Part shown: piece by piece, positions 1 to 12,619 of the stretch
Numbering within the stretch: position 1 is the first letter of the stretch
How the letters are laid out: every line of letters begins with the position of its first letter
NCBI GenBank assembly: GCA_951406725.2
Contig: OX597840.1
Location: 29,388,001-29,452,000, forward strand
Direction: 5' to 3'
DNA length: 64,000 bases
Source: Octopus vulgaris
Lineage: Eukaryota
Position numbers and translations under genes: made by a program
The notes under the pieces: model-generated
What the model was told of the DNA's origin: nothing
Seen by the model: only the letters and a program-made list of their open reading frames with translations
Database searches by the model: none

Positions 1-610
1 ATATCCAATTCCTTTTCTTATTCTACTTGTTTCACTTACTAGAAAAAGCTCTTTATTGTGGTAAGATATCTCATTATTGTCTACGATATCTCGTTATTGT
101 CTTAGATATGTCATTATAGTCAGTGATATCTTATTATCACCTGATATATTTTATTATTTCCTGGGATATCTCATTATAATGGAGGAAATGCTCTTCCGCA
201 CTTTCCTGAACACTTTTATCAGAGAACTTCAAAATATCTGCCAGCATTGCGGTGTTAATTAACTTAACTTTTATAAGTAACTATATGTAAGTATATATGT
301 ATGTATGCATGTATGTATATATGTATGTGTGTATGTGAGTATGTATGTATGTATGTATGTATGTATGTATGTATGTATGTATGTATGTGTGTATGTATGT
401 GTGTATGTGTGTATGTATGTATGTATGAATGCGTTCATGCATGCGTCTATGTATGTATGTATCTATCTATTTATCTATAAATATATATCCAAAAATGTAA
501 TTAAGGGTAATGTTATGCTACTTCCTAATAATCCCTATCATTATTATTATTATTATCATTATTATTGTTATTGTTATTGCTATTATTATTATTATGTGTA
601 TATGTATGTA

Positions 611-1045
611 TGAAAAGAAGTTTGCCCGTGTTCAGTGACGTGAAGACCAAAGAACTGAAGTATTTCGGATTGCAAGACAGTGTGTGAGAGGAAATTGTGG
701 TGTCATAAGAGAGAAATGTATCTGCATGGATGATGGTGCCTTTGTAGTTAATAATTCTGTAAAGAAAGAGGCTTAGAGATACCATTATGAAAGACTGCTG
801 AAAGTGGAGAATGAATGGGAGGAGGAGAGTCTGCCAAAGGTTGACCCAACTGAGGGACCAGTTACCTGAACTGAAAGTACCCTGGTAGATAAAGCAACTA
901 AGAATATGAAGACAGGCAAAGCTCCCACCCCCAATCGATCAGGAATCACTGCTGAGACACGTAAAATATCTGGTGGCGTGGGCAATGGTCTAGCCACCCA
1001 TACTGTAAGTCAGGAGGTTCATGAAGGAGTCACACCCAATGACTG
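611..1045 (+). mobile_element. RTE-clade LINE ORF2 fragment (region between endonuclease and RT), decayed
   Basis: Manual translation with stops/shifts: ...HYERLLKVENEWEEESLPKVDPTEGP...LVDKATKNMKTGKAP..SGITAE..KISGGVG..LATHTVSQ.VHEGVTPND*, matching the K-A-P-G-P-x-G-I-x-A-E / IPxDW region of non-LTR ORF2. Confidence 0.75.
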
Positions 1046-1052
1046 ATACAAA

Positions 1053-1111
1053 ATCACAAACCAGTTTCGTTGTTGCCACTAACGTAGATGTCCGCAACTC
1101 ATCAGTGTGAT
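1053..1111 (-). ncRNA. Type I hammerhead ribozyme motif (mirror copy + strand 1297-1356)
   Basis: Minus strand: AUCACA CUGAUGA GUUG..CAAC GAA AC-UG-GU U UGUGAU; 6-bp stem I, canonical core. Confidence 0.75.
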
Positions 1112-1510
1112 CGTCATGGCAAAATATAATATGCAGAACTATACACGAGACGTCTGCATGAGATTGAACATGTATATAGTTCTACCAATTACGTTTGGGG
1201 TTCTATTGAAAATAAAACCCCAAATTTAATTGGTAGAATTATATACAAGTGCAATCGCATGCAGACGTCTCGTGTATATTATATTCTGCTATGACGATCA
1301 CACTGATGAGTTGCGGACGTTCTATGTAAGTGGTAACAACGAAACTGGTTTGTCATTAATCTATATTTTGTATCTTTTCATTTGTCTTGCTCACTTACGT
1401 TCTGGCATTTGCTAAATTTTCTTGAGAACATTCCTTTCTTAATGGTAAAACCATAGTGGATCTTCTTCTAGCTTAATGGATGTCCACTTACAGGTCATCC
1501 CTTTTATATG
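1053..1510. mobile_element. Fold-back PLE-like terminal repeat remnant (arms ~1053-1190 / 1228-1356)
   Basis: ~135-bp inverted arms, each carrying a hammerhead motif; ends next to (TA)n. Confidence 0.65.
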
Positions 1511-1521
1511 CATGCATATAA

Positions 1522-1570
<49 letters not shown>

Positions 1571-1573
<3 letters not shown>

Positions 1574-1783
1574 GGAAAGTTTACGAAAATAAATAAAAGA
1601 GGAAGGCAGGTGGAGTAGAAACAAAACAAATGTATTAGTATAGCGCTCAGGAATAGAAATAGAAAAAGTCTTTTACGTTTCGAGCCTACGTTCTTCGACA
1701 GAAAGATACACAGAAAAAAGCAAGGAGAGAAACAAGGAGAGAAAAAAAGGAGAGAAAATAATGCGTGTAGGAGCTAACGATCT

Positions 1784-1790
<7 letters not shown>
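1571..1790 (-). mobile_element. PLE pseudo-LTR fragment in (TA)n with minimal hammerhead variant at 1669-1706
   Basis: UCUUU CUGUCGA A GAAC GUAG GCUC GAA ACGU A AAAGA; same family at 36637-36780 next to a PLE RT. Confidence 0.6.
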
Positions 1791-1840
<50 letters not shown>

Positions 1841-2204
1841 ATGTATGTATGCATATGTATATATACACATATATATATATACATATACACAAGTATATTT
1901 ATTTATACATATTCATATATAGATACATACATGCACATACACACATACACATATACATAGTGTCGTAAATCCAAAACATTGCTTTTTCAGAAACCGAAAA
2001 AACAGTTCCATCATTCCATAGCAAAACCGTTGTATAACACTTTGAAAATTTTTGTTATCTTGGCACCTGAAGCACCTGGATATACGATAGTTTGACCAAA
2101 AACACCAGGTATTGCAAGCAAAAATAAATATTGAAAAAAGTGCATTTGGCCTAATTTGAACATACGACAGTTTAATATAATAGCAACGATATATATATAT
2201 ATAT

Positions 2205-2425
2205 TATATAAAATCCGTTCTGTCTGTCTGTCTGTCTGTGTGTCTTCTAGGATCTCGGGCATCTTCCATCCGATTGCGCTCTAATTTGATATGTAGATAC
2301 TGATGGTATCAGGGCGTGTATAAGTCTTGAAAAAATTACAAAAATCGATACCAGGTGAGAATGTGACCGATAAAGCCGTGGGAACGTGCATTTGTAGGTG
2401 CAAGTACATCAGCTGTTGCGATCGA
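2205..2425 (+). mobile_element. Probable non-autonomous Helitron 5' part
   Basis: Starts TATATAAAA..(GTCT)n like the complete copies at 39192 and 44898; 3' end absent. Confidence 0.4.
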
Positions 2426-2672
2426 TACGACACGTGTTTCGTGGCTATATTTAAGAAATGATTATACTAAAAACATTAGTAGTAGTAGTAAAATCACTTC
2501 AATATAAATATAGCCACTCATCAGCTTAAAGATAACTACAATAATTAATTAATAAATATAATTAATTAATAAATATGAGTGGCTATATTTATATTGATGT
2601 GATTTTACTACTACTACTAATGTTTTTACTATAATCATTTCTTAAATATAGCCACGAAACACGTGTCGTTAT
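2425..2672. mobile_element. Fold-back element with hammerhead core (minus 2425-2530)
   Basis: CUGAUGA GUGGCUAUAUUUA..UAAAUAUAGCCAC GAA ACACGUGU C; inverted copy 2576-2670 lacks the CUG; stem I not evident. Confidence 0.6.
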
Positions 2673-2838
2673 TCTACCAAATATATACATTTTATTTACT
2701 ATTTTGCACATTACTTAATCATCGTTATATTTTTCATCTTATATCTAATCTTCCTATTATATGTAATTTTCTAAATGGTATAATTTAATTTAATTTTTCA
2801 TTTTGAATTGATAAAGGTGGTTTTTTTCTAATTTATAT

Positions 2839-2894
<56 letters not shown>

Positions 2895-2899
<5 letters not shown>

Positions 2900-3460
2900 C
2901 ATAAATGAGGGAAAAGGAAAGAATTTCTAGTGCCAAATATGCCGAAAAATTGGACGTATTGTCCATTAACCATATAATGTTTTCACAATTTGCACGCTAC
3001 TCGAATGGGCTTTTCACAATTCGCATGTGCCTCGAATGGGCTGGAGTATTTCTATTTTGGATGTATTTGGGGTACTTAGTTGTGCCCATGACCTAGTGTT
3101 TGCTTCTTCCATGGTTCGAGTAAGTTTCTCATTTATTTCTTTTACCACATGTATCACTGACGAAGAGAGGGCTGTTATGAACTAACCCTGAAATCGGTTC
3201 GATATGGTAATAATGGAATTTTTTAGAAATTTCTGTCGACCTTTTTTCGAGTAGCATGCGAATTGTGAAAAAATTACATGGTTAATGGACAATATGTCCA
3301 ACTTTTCGGCATATTTGGCATTAGAAATTTTTTCGTTTGCCCTCATTTATGAATAGTTTATAAATTTAACCTTTAAAGGTATTTTTTAATATGCTGGCCA
3401 TTGATAAAATTTTTTTCGAGAAAATATTTTTTTCGAAAAGAATTTTATCCTCACATTTGA
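2895..3460. mobile_element. Fold-back repeat in (TA)n with degenerate hammerhead at 3152-3204
   Basis: Arms ~2897-3005 / 3245-3355; related copies at 55680-55990 and 62710-63000. Confidence 0.6.
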
Positions 3461-3804
3461 TATATATATATATATATGGCAAGAAGAAAATGGAGGGAAT
3501 CCAGAGGTATTATTCATCAGCTGTTCGATATTATATTATGTCTATTTATTTATTGAAAACAGTTTTGATAATATATATATATATGTACATGTGTAAAGTA
3601 CCAGTAATTTCTAGAATAGAGAAAGAAGCTGCTCTTCAGAAACTGAAAAAACAGTTTCACTATTCCATAGCAAAACCATTGTACTACACTTCGAAAATTT
3701 TTATTATCTTGCCATCTGAAGCTCTTTCTCTATTCTAGATATTACTAATACTTTACACATGTACTTATATATAACCTGAACTGTTTAAAATAAATGAATA
3801 GACA

Positions 3805-4217
3805 GGTGCAGGAGTGGCGGTGTGGTAAGTAGCTTGCTAACCAACCACATGGATCCGGGTTCAGTCCCACTGCGTGGCACCTTGGGCAAGTGTCTTCTGC
3901 TATAGCCCCGGACCGACCAATACCTTGTGAGTGGATTTGGTAGACGGAAACTGAAAGAAGCCTGTCGTATATATGTATATGTATATATATGTATGTGTGT
4001 GTGTTTGTGTGTCTGTGTTTGTTCCCCTAGCATTGCTTGACAACCGATGCTGGTGTGTTTACGTCCCTGTCACTTAGCGGTTCGGCAAAAGACACCGATA
4101 GAATAAGTACTGGGCTTATAAAAGAATAAGTCCCGGGGTCGAGTTGCTCGACTAAAGGCGGTGCTCCAGCATGGCCGCAGTCAAATCACTGAAACAAGTA
4201 AAAGAGAGTAAAGAGAG
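3805..4217 (+). mobile_element. tRNA-derived SINE family A (internal TA/TG microsatellite)
   Basis: A-box-like TGGCGGTGTGG, B-box GGTTCAGTCC, CCTTGGGCAAGT core, (GTAAAAGA)n tail; more than 12 copies in window. Confidence 0.85.
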
Positions 4218-4832
4218 ACATAATATAATGTCTCACAACTGATGAATACTACCTCTGGCTTCCTTCTATTTTCTTCTTGCCATATAAATTAAGGGTGAAA
4301 CCACTAATTACCCTCGCCTAATTATTATACTCAGTAGTGTAATTGCCACACAGTAACCAACACTTGTGTACTAATAATTGGGTATTCTACCAGCAGTATA
4401 TTGGATAGATGATACTATCTCTTAATTGGCTGCATTTACAACCCCGAACTCTCTTTGAATTATATATATATACGTGTGTGAGTATGTGTATAAAATGTAA
4501 AAGAGAAACGGTAAGTTCTTGGCTGTGGAAGTGCCCTGTTATCGTTGCTGATTACAGTTGTTGTTGCTGTTGTTGTTGCTTAACTTGTTTCTCTTGTACT
4601 TTTCCTTGTGTTTCCAATGCAAAATAAAAAGGCGAAATTCTTGGAGATGGTAAATTACTTACGTCGTTGTTGTAGTTGTTTTTGTTGTTGCTGCAGCTAT
4701 TGTTGTCGCTATGATTCTTAATTTGTTTATTGCTTACAAAAGCAATAAACTACTACTAAGTAGTAGTAGTAGTAGTAGTAGTAGTAGCAGTAGTAGTACT
4801 TTCTCTTTCTCTTTTTTTCTTTTTTTTTTCTC

Positions 4833-5044
4833 TTTTTACTTGTTTCAGTCATTTTGACTGCGGCCATGCTGGAGCAACGCCTTTAATCGAGCAACTCGAC
4901 CCCGGGACTTATTCTTTTGTAAGCCCAGTACTTATTCAATCGGTCTCTTTTGCCGAACCACTAAGTGACGGGGATATAAACACACCAGCATCGGTTGTCA
5001 AGCAATGTTGGGGGACAAACACAGACACACAAACACACACACGC

Positions 5045-5079
<35 letters not shown>

Positions 5080-5249
5080 TACATATATACGACGGGCTTC
5101 TTTCAGTTTCCGTCTACCAAATCCACTCACAAGGCATTGGTTGGCCCGAGGCTATAGTAGAAGACACTTGCCCAAGGTGCCACGCAGTGAGACTGAACCC
5201 AGAACCATGTGGTTGGTAAACAAGCTACTTACCACACAGCCACTCCTGT
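4833..5249 (-). mobile_element. SINE family A
   Basis: Reverse complement of 3805-4217. Confidence 0.85.
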
Positions 5250-5715
5250 GGTTGTTGTTGTGGAAGTGGCTTTGTTTCTGTTGCACAAGGACACAATGTG
5301 TTGCTGGGAATTGAACTCATGGCCTTGCATTTGTGAGACTAATACTCTAACCACTAAGCCACGTACCTTTACTCTGTCAAATGTAATGATTTTCTATTCA
5401 CACTGATTTGAATTAATCGTGCATTATCCCATATCTTCAAGATTGCGATGATGTGAATGCATAATTTTAGCAAGGCATTGAATGGCAGATATGAGAGGCC
5501 TGATTGAACTTCAAACAGGTAGAAATATTTGTGCCTGATATGGCTGGTTTAAATGCTAAAATGTTAAAATGGTGTGAGGGACAGGTATTTGGCGATTAAA
5601 CATTTGGCATTCAGATGGCTCTGTCAAATGTTCTGTTTATTTATTCACATTGTTTTGAATTAGTTATGGATTATCTCACAGCTTCAAAATTTCTATGATG
5701 TGATTATTTATATTT

Positions 5716-5938
5716 ATGTGGCACGCCTGTGCCGGTGGCACGCCTGTGCCGGTGGCACGTAAAAAGCACCCACTACACTCACGGAGTGGTTGGCGTTAGG
5801 AAGGGCATCCAGCTGTAGAAACACTGCCAGATCAGACTGGAGCCTGGTGCTGCCTTCTGGCTTACCAGACCCCGATCGAACCGTCCAACCCATGCTAGCA
5901 TGGAAAACAGACGTTAAACGATGATGATGATGATGATG
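5716..5938 (+). mobile_element. RTE LINE 3'UTR fragment (family B) with (GAT)n tail
   Basis: GGAAGGGCATCCAGCTGTAGAAAC..CCAACCCATGCTAGCATGGAAA..GACGTTAAAC(GAT)n; a related UTR is contiguous with an RTE ORF end at 19740 and 20505. Confidence 0.75.
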
Positions 5939-6651
5939 GCATTGTAGGGTAGATGTGAGAAACTGGATGCGGCTGGTTTGAACATACAACAGAATATTTT
6001 TTGGCCTGGAACTTTAGTGGCTCAGCAAAAGAGATCGATAGAATAAGTACCCAGTCTTAAAGAATATAAAACAAAAACAAAAAAAAAACAAGTTCCGGGG
6101 TCGATAAAGCTGACTAAAAATTCTCCAAGGCGTTGCCCCAGCATGGCCACAGTCTAATGGTTGGAAAAAGTCAAAGATGAAAGATAAAAGATAAATGTCA
6201 TTTTTTCATCCTTATCAATTTTACATTAACCTGGATTTTAACGAACTTAATCTTTTACAAATGCTAATCTCCTCATTAGACATGTATTAATTAATATGAA
6301 TGAGGTCATCAAATATAATTTAGATGATAGATCAAAAGCAGTTCGACCTTTTCCCTTCTACTCATTACTTTAATCTTCTGTCATGATTTTGTATTCTTAT
6401 TCGTTTTTCTAATGAGATACATTGATGAAGTGTTTTAATTAATTAAGCAAAAATAGTTATTTCACTTCTGTATTTGCTTTGTAAGATTCTTGATGTGAAA
6501 TCATGTGTTGATACAGATTTTGTTGTATCTTGGGAGGGTCATTTGCCACTAATAAACACACACACTGGTTTTATTTCACTTCCTTTATTATTAATAGTCA
6601 ACTTGTTAACCAATGTGTATGCAGAAATATATATTTATATATATATTTTTC

Positions 6652-7022
6652 TTCACTTGTTTCAGTCATTAGACTGCGGCCATGCTGGAGCACAACCTTG
6701 AGGAATTTGCAGTTGAATAAATTAACACCAGTACTTATATTTTTTAATTGCTACTTTATTGTATCGGTTTCTTTTGCCAAACCGCTAAGTTATGGGGTTG
6801 TAAACACACCAGCACCAGTTGTCAAACAGTGGTGGGGGACAAACAAGCACACACACACACACATACACACACACACACACTCATACACACACAGGCTCAT
6901 ACACGCACACAAAGAGGCTTCTTTCAGTTTCCATCTATTAAATTGACTCACAAGGCCTTAGTCGGCCCAAGGCAATAGTAGAAGACATACACCCAAGGTG
7001 CCACACAGTGGGTTTGAACCTC
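6652..7022 (-). mobile_element. SINE family A, diverged
   Basis: Similarity to other copies. Confidence 0.75.
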
Positions 7023-7289
7023 GATGCATGCCTATATATTTGAATGTATATATAGACTGAAGTGGTGTACAGCTTTTATATATTAAGAAAAAGGAGATAG
7101 CCAGGATTTAGATAAAACCTATTTAGTGCTTTCAGCCCTTTCAGTGAAAAACGTGATTAAGGGATCAGGCAAAGGGTTAAGACACACACTTTTCAAATTG
7201 ATATGGCTGCTTGTAAACACTTGGAGGAGAATAAAAATCTTGAAAGAGAAACATAAAAATTATTAAAAATTCTACCATTTTGTTCATCT

Positions 7290-7567
7290 CCCCTGATTGG
7301 CTCCCATGCCAATGGCATGTAAAAGGCATCATCTGAATATGGTTGATGCCAGTTGCCCCTGACTGGCTCCCATGCCAGTGGCATGTAAAAAGCACCCACT
7401 GCATTCTTGGAGTTGTCGGCGTTAGGAAGGGCATCCAGCTGTAGAAACCTCGCCAGATCAGATTGGAGCCTGGTTCAGCCTACTGGCTTACCAGTCCTCA
7501 GTCAAACTGTCCAACCCAGGCCAGCATGGAAAGCGGACGTTAAACGATGATGATGATGATGATGATG
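7290..7567 (+). mobile_element. RTE 3'UTR fragment (family B)
   Basis: Same motifs and (GAT)n tail. Confidence 0.75.
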
Positions 7568-7774
7568 TAGACTCTGTCTATCACAGAATGGAAACAAAGA
7601 AGAAGGATTCTTTTTCTCATATTTAATTCTCAACCATTCAGGTAGCTGAATAAATTGGGAATGCGTATCATATGTGATAAATGAATGCCAGGGAGGTATA
7701 TCTCGTGTATGATATGGGATTCACAAGACAGGCAAAAGGTTGAAACAAAATATTTTCATATTCAGCCATAAATA

Positions 7775-8355
7775 TATCTTTTTACTGCACACAAGGAGCT
7801 AAACACAGAGAGGACAAACAAGGACAGACAAAGGGATTAAGTCAGTTACATCGACCCCAGTGCATAACTGGTACTTAATTTATCGACCCCGAAAGGATGA
7901 AAGGCAAAGTCCACCTTGGCGGAATTTGAACTCAGAACGTAACAGCAGACGAAATACCTATTTCTTTACTACCCACAAGGGGCTACACACAGAGATGACA
8001 AACGAGGACAGACAAATGGATTAAGTCAATTATATCGATTCCAGTGCGTAACTGGTACTTATTTAATCGACCTCGAAAGGATGAAAGGCTAAGTCGACCT
8101 TGGCGGAATTTGAACTCAGAACGTAACGGCAGACGAAATACCTATTTCTTTACTACCCATAGAGGAGAGAAACAAGGACAGACAAACGGATTAAGTCGAT
8201 TACATTGACCCCAGTGCGTAACTGGTACTTTATTTATCGACCCCGAAAGTATGAAAGGCAAAGTCGACTTCGGCGGAATTTGAACTCAGAACGTAACGCT
8301 AGACGAAATACGGCTACGCATTTCGCCCGGCGCGCTAACGCTTCAGCCAGCTCGA
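7775..8355 (-). mobile_element. SINE family C with tandemly triplicated body (~170-184 bp units)
   Basis: GAGTTCAAATTCC B-box-like head; GCCTTTCATCCTTTCGGGGTCGATAAAT..AGTACCAG resembles the Deu/Nin-type SINE central domain. Confidence 0.7.
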
Positions 8356-8510
8356 AATAACAACACAAAAGCAATCGCCCCATATTCAACATTAAAACTA
8401 GAAACCAATTCTGACTCCCCCACAACAAAATGAGAGCCTGATGAGTCTCTGTGATCTTAGAAACAACAAATAGATATTTAAAAATTAACAAAACAAAAAT
8501 TCAACATATA

Positions 8511-8672
8511 GGCGCAGGAGTGGCTGTGTGGTAAGTAGCTTGCTAACCAACCACATGGTTCCGGGTTCAGTCCCACTGCGTGGCTTCATGGGCAAGTGTC
8601 TTCTGCTATAGCCCCGGGCCGACCAATGCCTTGTGAGTGGATTTGGTAGACGGAAACTGAAAGAAGCCTGTC

Positions 8673-8736
<64 letters not shown>

Positions 8737-9016
8737 GCGTGTGTGTGTGTATGTGTGTGTATGTGTTTGTGTGTCTGTGTATGTGTGTGTATGTGTTTGT
8801 GTGTCTGTGTATGTGTGTGTATGTTTATATGTTTGTTCCCCCAACATCGTTTGACAACCGATGCTGGTGTGTTTATGTCTCCGTAACTTAGCGGTTCGGC
8901 AAAAGTGACCGATAGAATAAGTACTAGGCTTACAAAGAATAGGTCCCAGGGTCGATTTGCTCGACTAAAGGCGGTGCTCCAGCATGGCCGCAGTCAAATG
9001 ACTGAAACAAGTAAAA
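8511..9016 (+). mobile_element. SINE family A
   Basis: Full length, expanded internal TA/TG tract. Confidence 0.85.
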
Positions 9017-9962
9017 CAGTATACATATTAATATTTCAACAACCTAATCAAATGGCAAACGGTTTAAACAAGCGTTGGTCCTTTCTTTTAAGTTCTGTAA
9101 AGGAAGTTTCAAGCACATAGAAGGAATGGTTATGTTGGCCATTTTACAAGAACAATATTGAAAATGCTTTATTGTAAATCAATATTGTTTCACCAAATTA
9201 CGGACACGTATACTTTCATTGCACATTGCGATACCTGCATCTGTTACATTTGTGAAATTTCCATATATACATCGTACGTATTCACAAGGCGTATATTTGA
9301 AATGTGCACATGTACAATTCAAATAATTATAATGTTCTCATTTGCATTGCTCTATTTGCAATCTCTAATGTGTATATTTACATCTCCCTTGCAATATACG
9401 CAAGTGCAATGTGTATATCGTTGTTAAACAAGCGTTGTTAATGATGATGTATGTATATTTGAAAAACTTCATTTCGCTATTCGTCTGATGATTGTTTGGC
9501 AAATATTTTCAGTGGGGAATTCTTCAAAAGACACAATTGAAATTCTTCAATGAAAATTACCGAATAAAGCTTCCTTATTGAGAAGCAAGAAGCAAATGGT
9601 CTTTGTTGGGTGTAGCGCATTAACTTTGATCTAATAGCTATTCTGAATAACAATCATTTGCTCCAAGAAGACAGTTAATTGTTTAGCAGAAGCAATTAAA
9701 TACCTATACGGAAAGGAAATGGAATAAGTTTGCAAGTGAGCATACATATACACATGTATGTATGCATGTATAAATGTATGCATGTATATATGTATGCATG
9801 CATGTATATATATATATATATATACACACGTATACATACACATATATATCTTCACACACAAACACATGCACATACATATAATTAAATATATGTGTGAGTG
9901 TGTGTGTGTATGTATGTATGTATATATATAATATATATATATTTGCAACCCCTATCTCAATT

Positions 9963-10005
<43 letters not shown>

Positions 10006-10061
10006 ATTTGTAATATATATATATATATATATGCATTTATGTGTACATGTATGTGCATATA

Positions 10062-10140
10062 TACATGGTCTGATCAATTAGTATCCGGACTGATGTCATA
10101 GTAACGATGCTAAAGCACGCACATTAAAGTCGCTTGAGAC
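10062..10140 (+). mobile_element. Possible mariner terminal inverted repeat remnant
   Basis: TA-CATGGTCTGATCAATTAGTATCCGGACT resembles mariner TIRs; no partner end seen. Confidence 0.35.
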
Positions 10141-10684
10141 TGTTGAAGTTGTGTTCTGAAACTGAATAAGGTGCAAGTTTCGAGTACTTGTCGGTAACTT
10201 TTTGTTTTTCTCTCCTCCTCTTCTAATACCCAGCTTTCTAGGTTCTTCTCACAGCTATCCCGGGTTCAAAAATTATACGGGTATTTAAAAAATTTTTCAT
10301 TCAATGAATAATATTTTTACACTACGTATACATCAATAGCGAGTTAAAACTTAAAAGAGAAAGTGAGAGACTTTGCAAATGAAAATGGAATACTCCGCAG
10401 TGAATGCAATGAATATTTAAATCTGTGATGAATTGGACGCAGGGAATATTTAAATTTGCGAGAAATTGGAGTTAAAATATTCAATAAACTTGAGAAATCG
10501 AAATTATAGGAAATTTCTTAGAACATGAATCTATAAAAATATTTCCAGACGTTCAATTTTTAAATAATTGCTTTCTTTAAGTACTCTTAGTAATTGTTAC
10601 ATACCTAATTAACAAGCAGCTTTCTCCATTATAGTATATATATATGCATGAATATATTTACACAAGCATATGCAAACATTTAAT

Positions 10685-11105
<421 letters not shown>

Positions 11106-11214
11106 TGTTGAATGACTGGCTCCTGTATGATCATTGAAGTTAAGCAACATGAATCCTAGTTATATGGGTGGCCACTTGGGAGACATAAATGCTGTAAGCG
11201 TCTAACTTGTAGGC

Positions 11215-12500
11215 ATAGGCATGGCTGCATGCTATGAAGGAATCTACAGAGGATAATATTATTAAAGAATGAAAGAAATTTTGAAAAATAAGCAAAATAA
11301 GAATGCAAAATCGAATAACTTTTCACTATGCAACGATGTTTTAATGTACGTGCAAAGAGTACATTCTACACTACAGAAACGAATATTGCAGGAATTCCAC
11401 AGTGGACACCTGGGAATGTCGAAATTGAAAACCTTAATGAGGAGCTATGTTTATTGGCCGACAATGGACCAGGGCATTGAAAACTGTAAAATCATCTAGA
11501 GGTTGTGCGCTAGCAGCCAAAGCGCCACTAGTGAAATACCAATCATTGCCTGAGATAGATAATCCGTGGTCCAGGGTACTTATTGACTATGCTGGACCGG
11601 TGAACGGCGCATTCTATCTAATCGTTGTTGATAGTGGTACAAAGTGGCTAGAGGTATGCAGGTGCAATGTACCAACTGCAAAGACAACAAAGTTCCTGTA
11701 TGAATTATTTGCCCGATACGGTGTTCCAGACACGTTACTATCAGATAACAGTACACAATTTATGGGTAGTGAATTCAAATATTGTTAAAAATACATGCGA
11801 TAAAGCATATTCTTACCTTGCCTTACCATCCGAGGTCAAATGGACCGGTAGAAAGATCCGTTGATGCTTTCAAGCGAGCGTTAAAAAAGCAAGGAATGAC
11901 GTTGGTAATGACGAAGCGCTAACGAAATGCTTGAAATTATACAGAGTAACGCCCAATCTGAATACCTGTTCAGGAAAGTCTCCAGCAGAGTTAATGTTCG
12001 CTCAAAAAATAAGATCGATCTGCGATAAATTATTGCCAAGAAAAAATATATTTAGAGGAAATACAGAAAATACAACAAAAAATTTCGAAGTAGGAGATAA
12101 TGTTCATTTTTTAAATTTACAAAAATGGTAAAGAAAGCTAGGAGGATAGTTTTTTTAACCAAAAGCATTAGGAAACATGATGTGTGTAATTAAAGAACAA
12201 CGTTGGGAACACACCTAAATAATCAAAGATAAGACATAGTGAAAAACGAATGTAAATACCAATGGAAGTCTGCTACGGCATGTTTGAGGTGCCAGTACTG
12301 AAAGAGATTGAGCTTTGTAGAAGCAGCAGTGGAAAAACGAAACAGACTGTACACTTAGAAATAGTGCCGAAACAAAAAAGACATTAAATTTTCAAAAGAA
12401 GAAAAAACAGAAGCAGAAAAGGAGAGGGAGAGGTGCTGGAAAAAGAAAAAAGAAAATAAATTTCACTTCTTACAGAAGACGAAATCTCAAAAGGAGAGAT
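11215..12500 (+). mobile_element. Ty3/Gypsy (Mag-like) pol integrase pseudogene, polypurine tract near 12489-12499
   Basis: HSGHLG..YVYWP..GC zinc domain; PWSRVLIDYAGP, IVVDSGTKW, GVPDTLLSDN, PYHPRSNG.VER, YRVTP..GKSPAELMF; frameshifts; AAAAGGAGAGA-TG putative PPT/LTR start. Confidence 0.9.
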
Positions 12501-12619
12501 GTGATGAGAGTCACGGTGCCTCCTCATGAGAAATACATTGGACCAAGTGATTGTGGGATCGTTACGTTGTTATTACAGCCGCATCGTTATCTTGTTTACT
12601 GTTACAACACTGGCACAGT

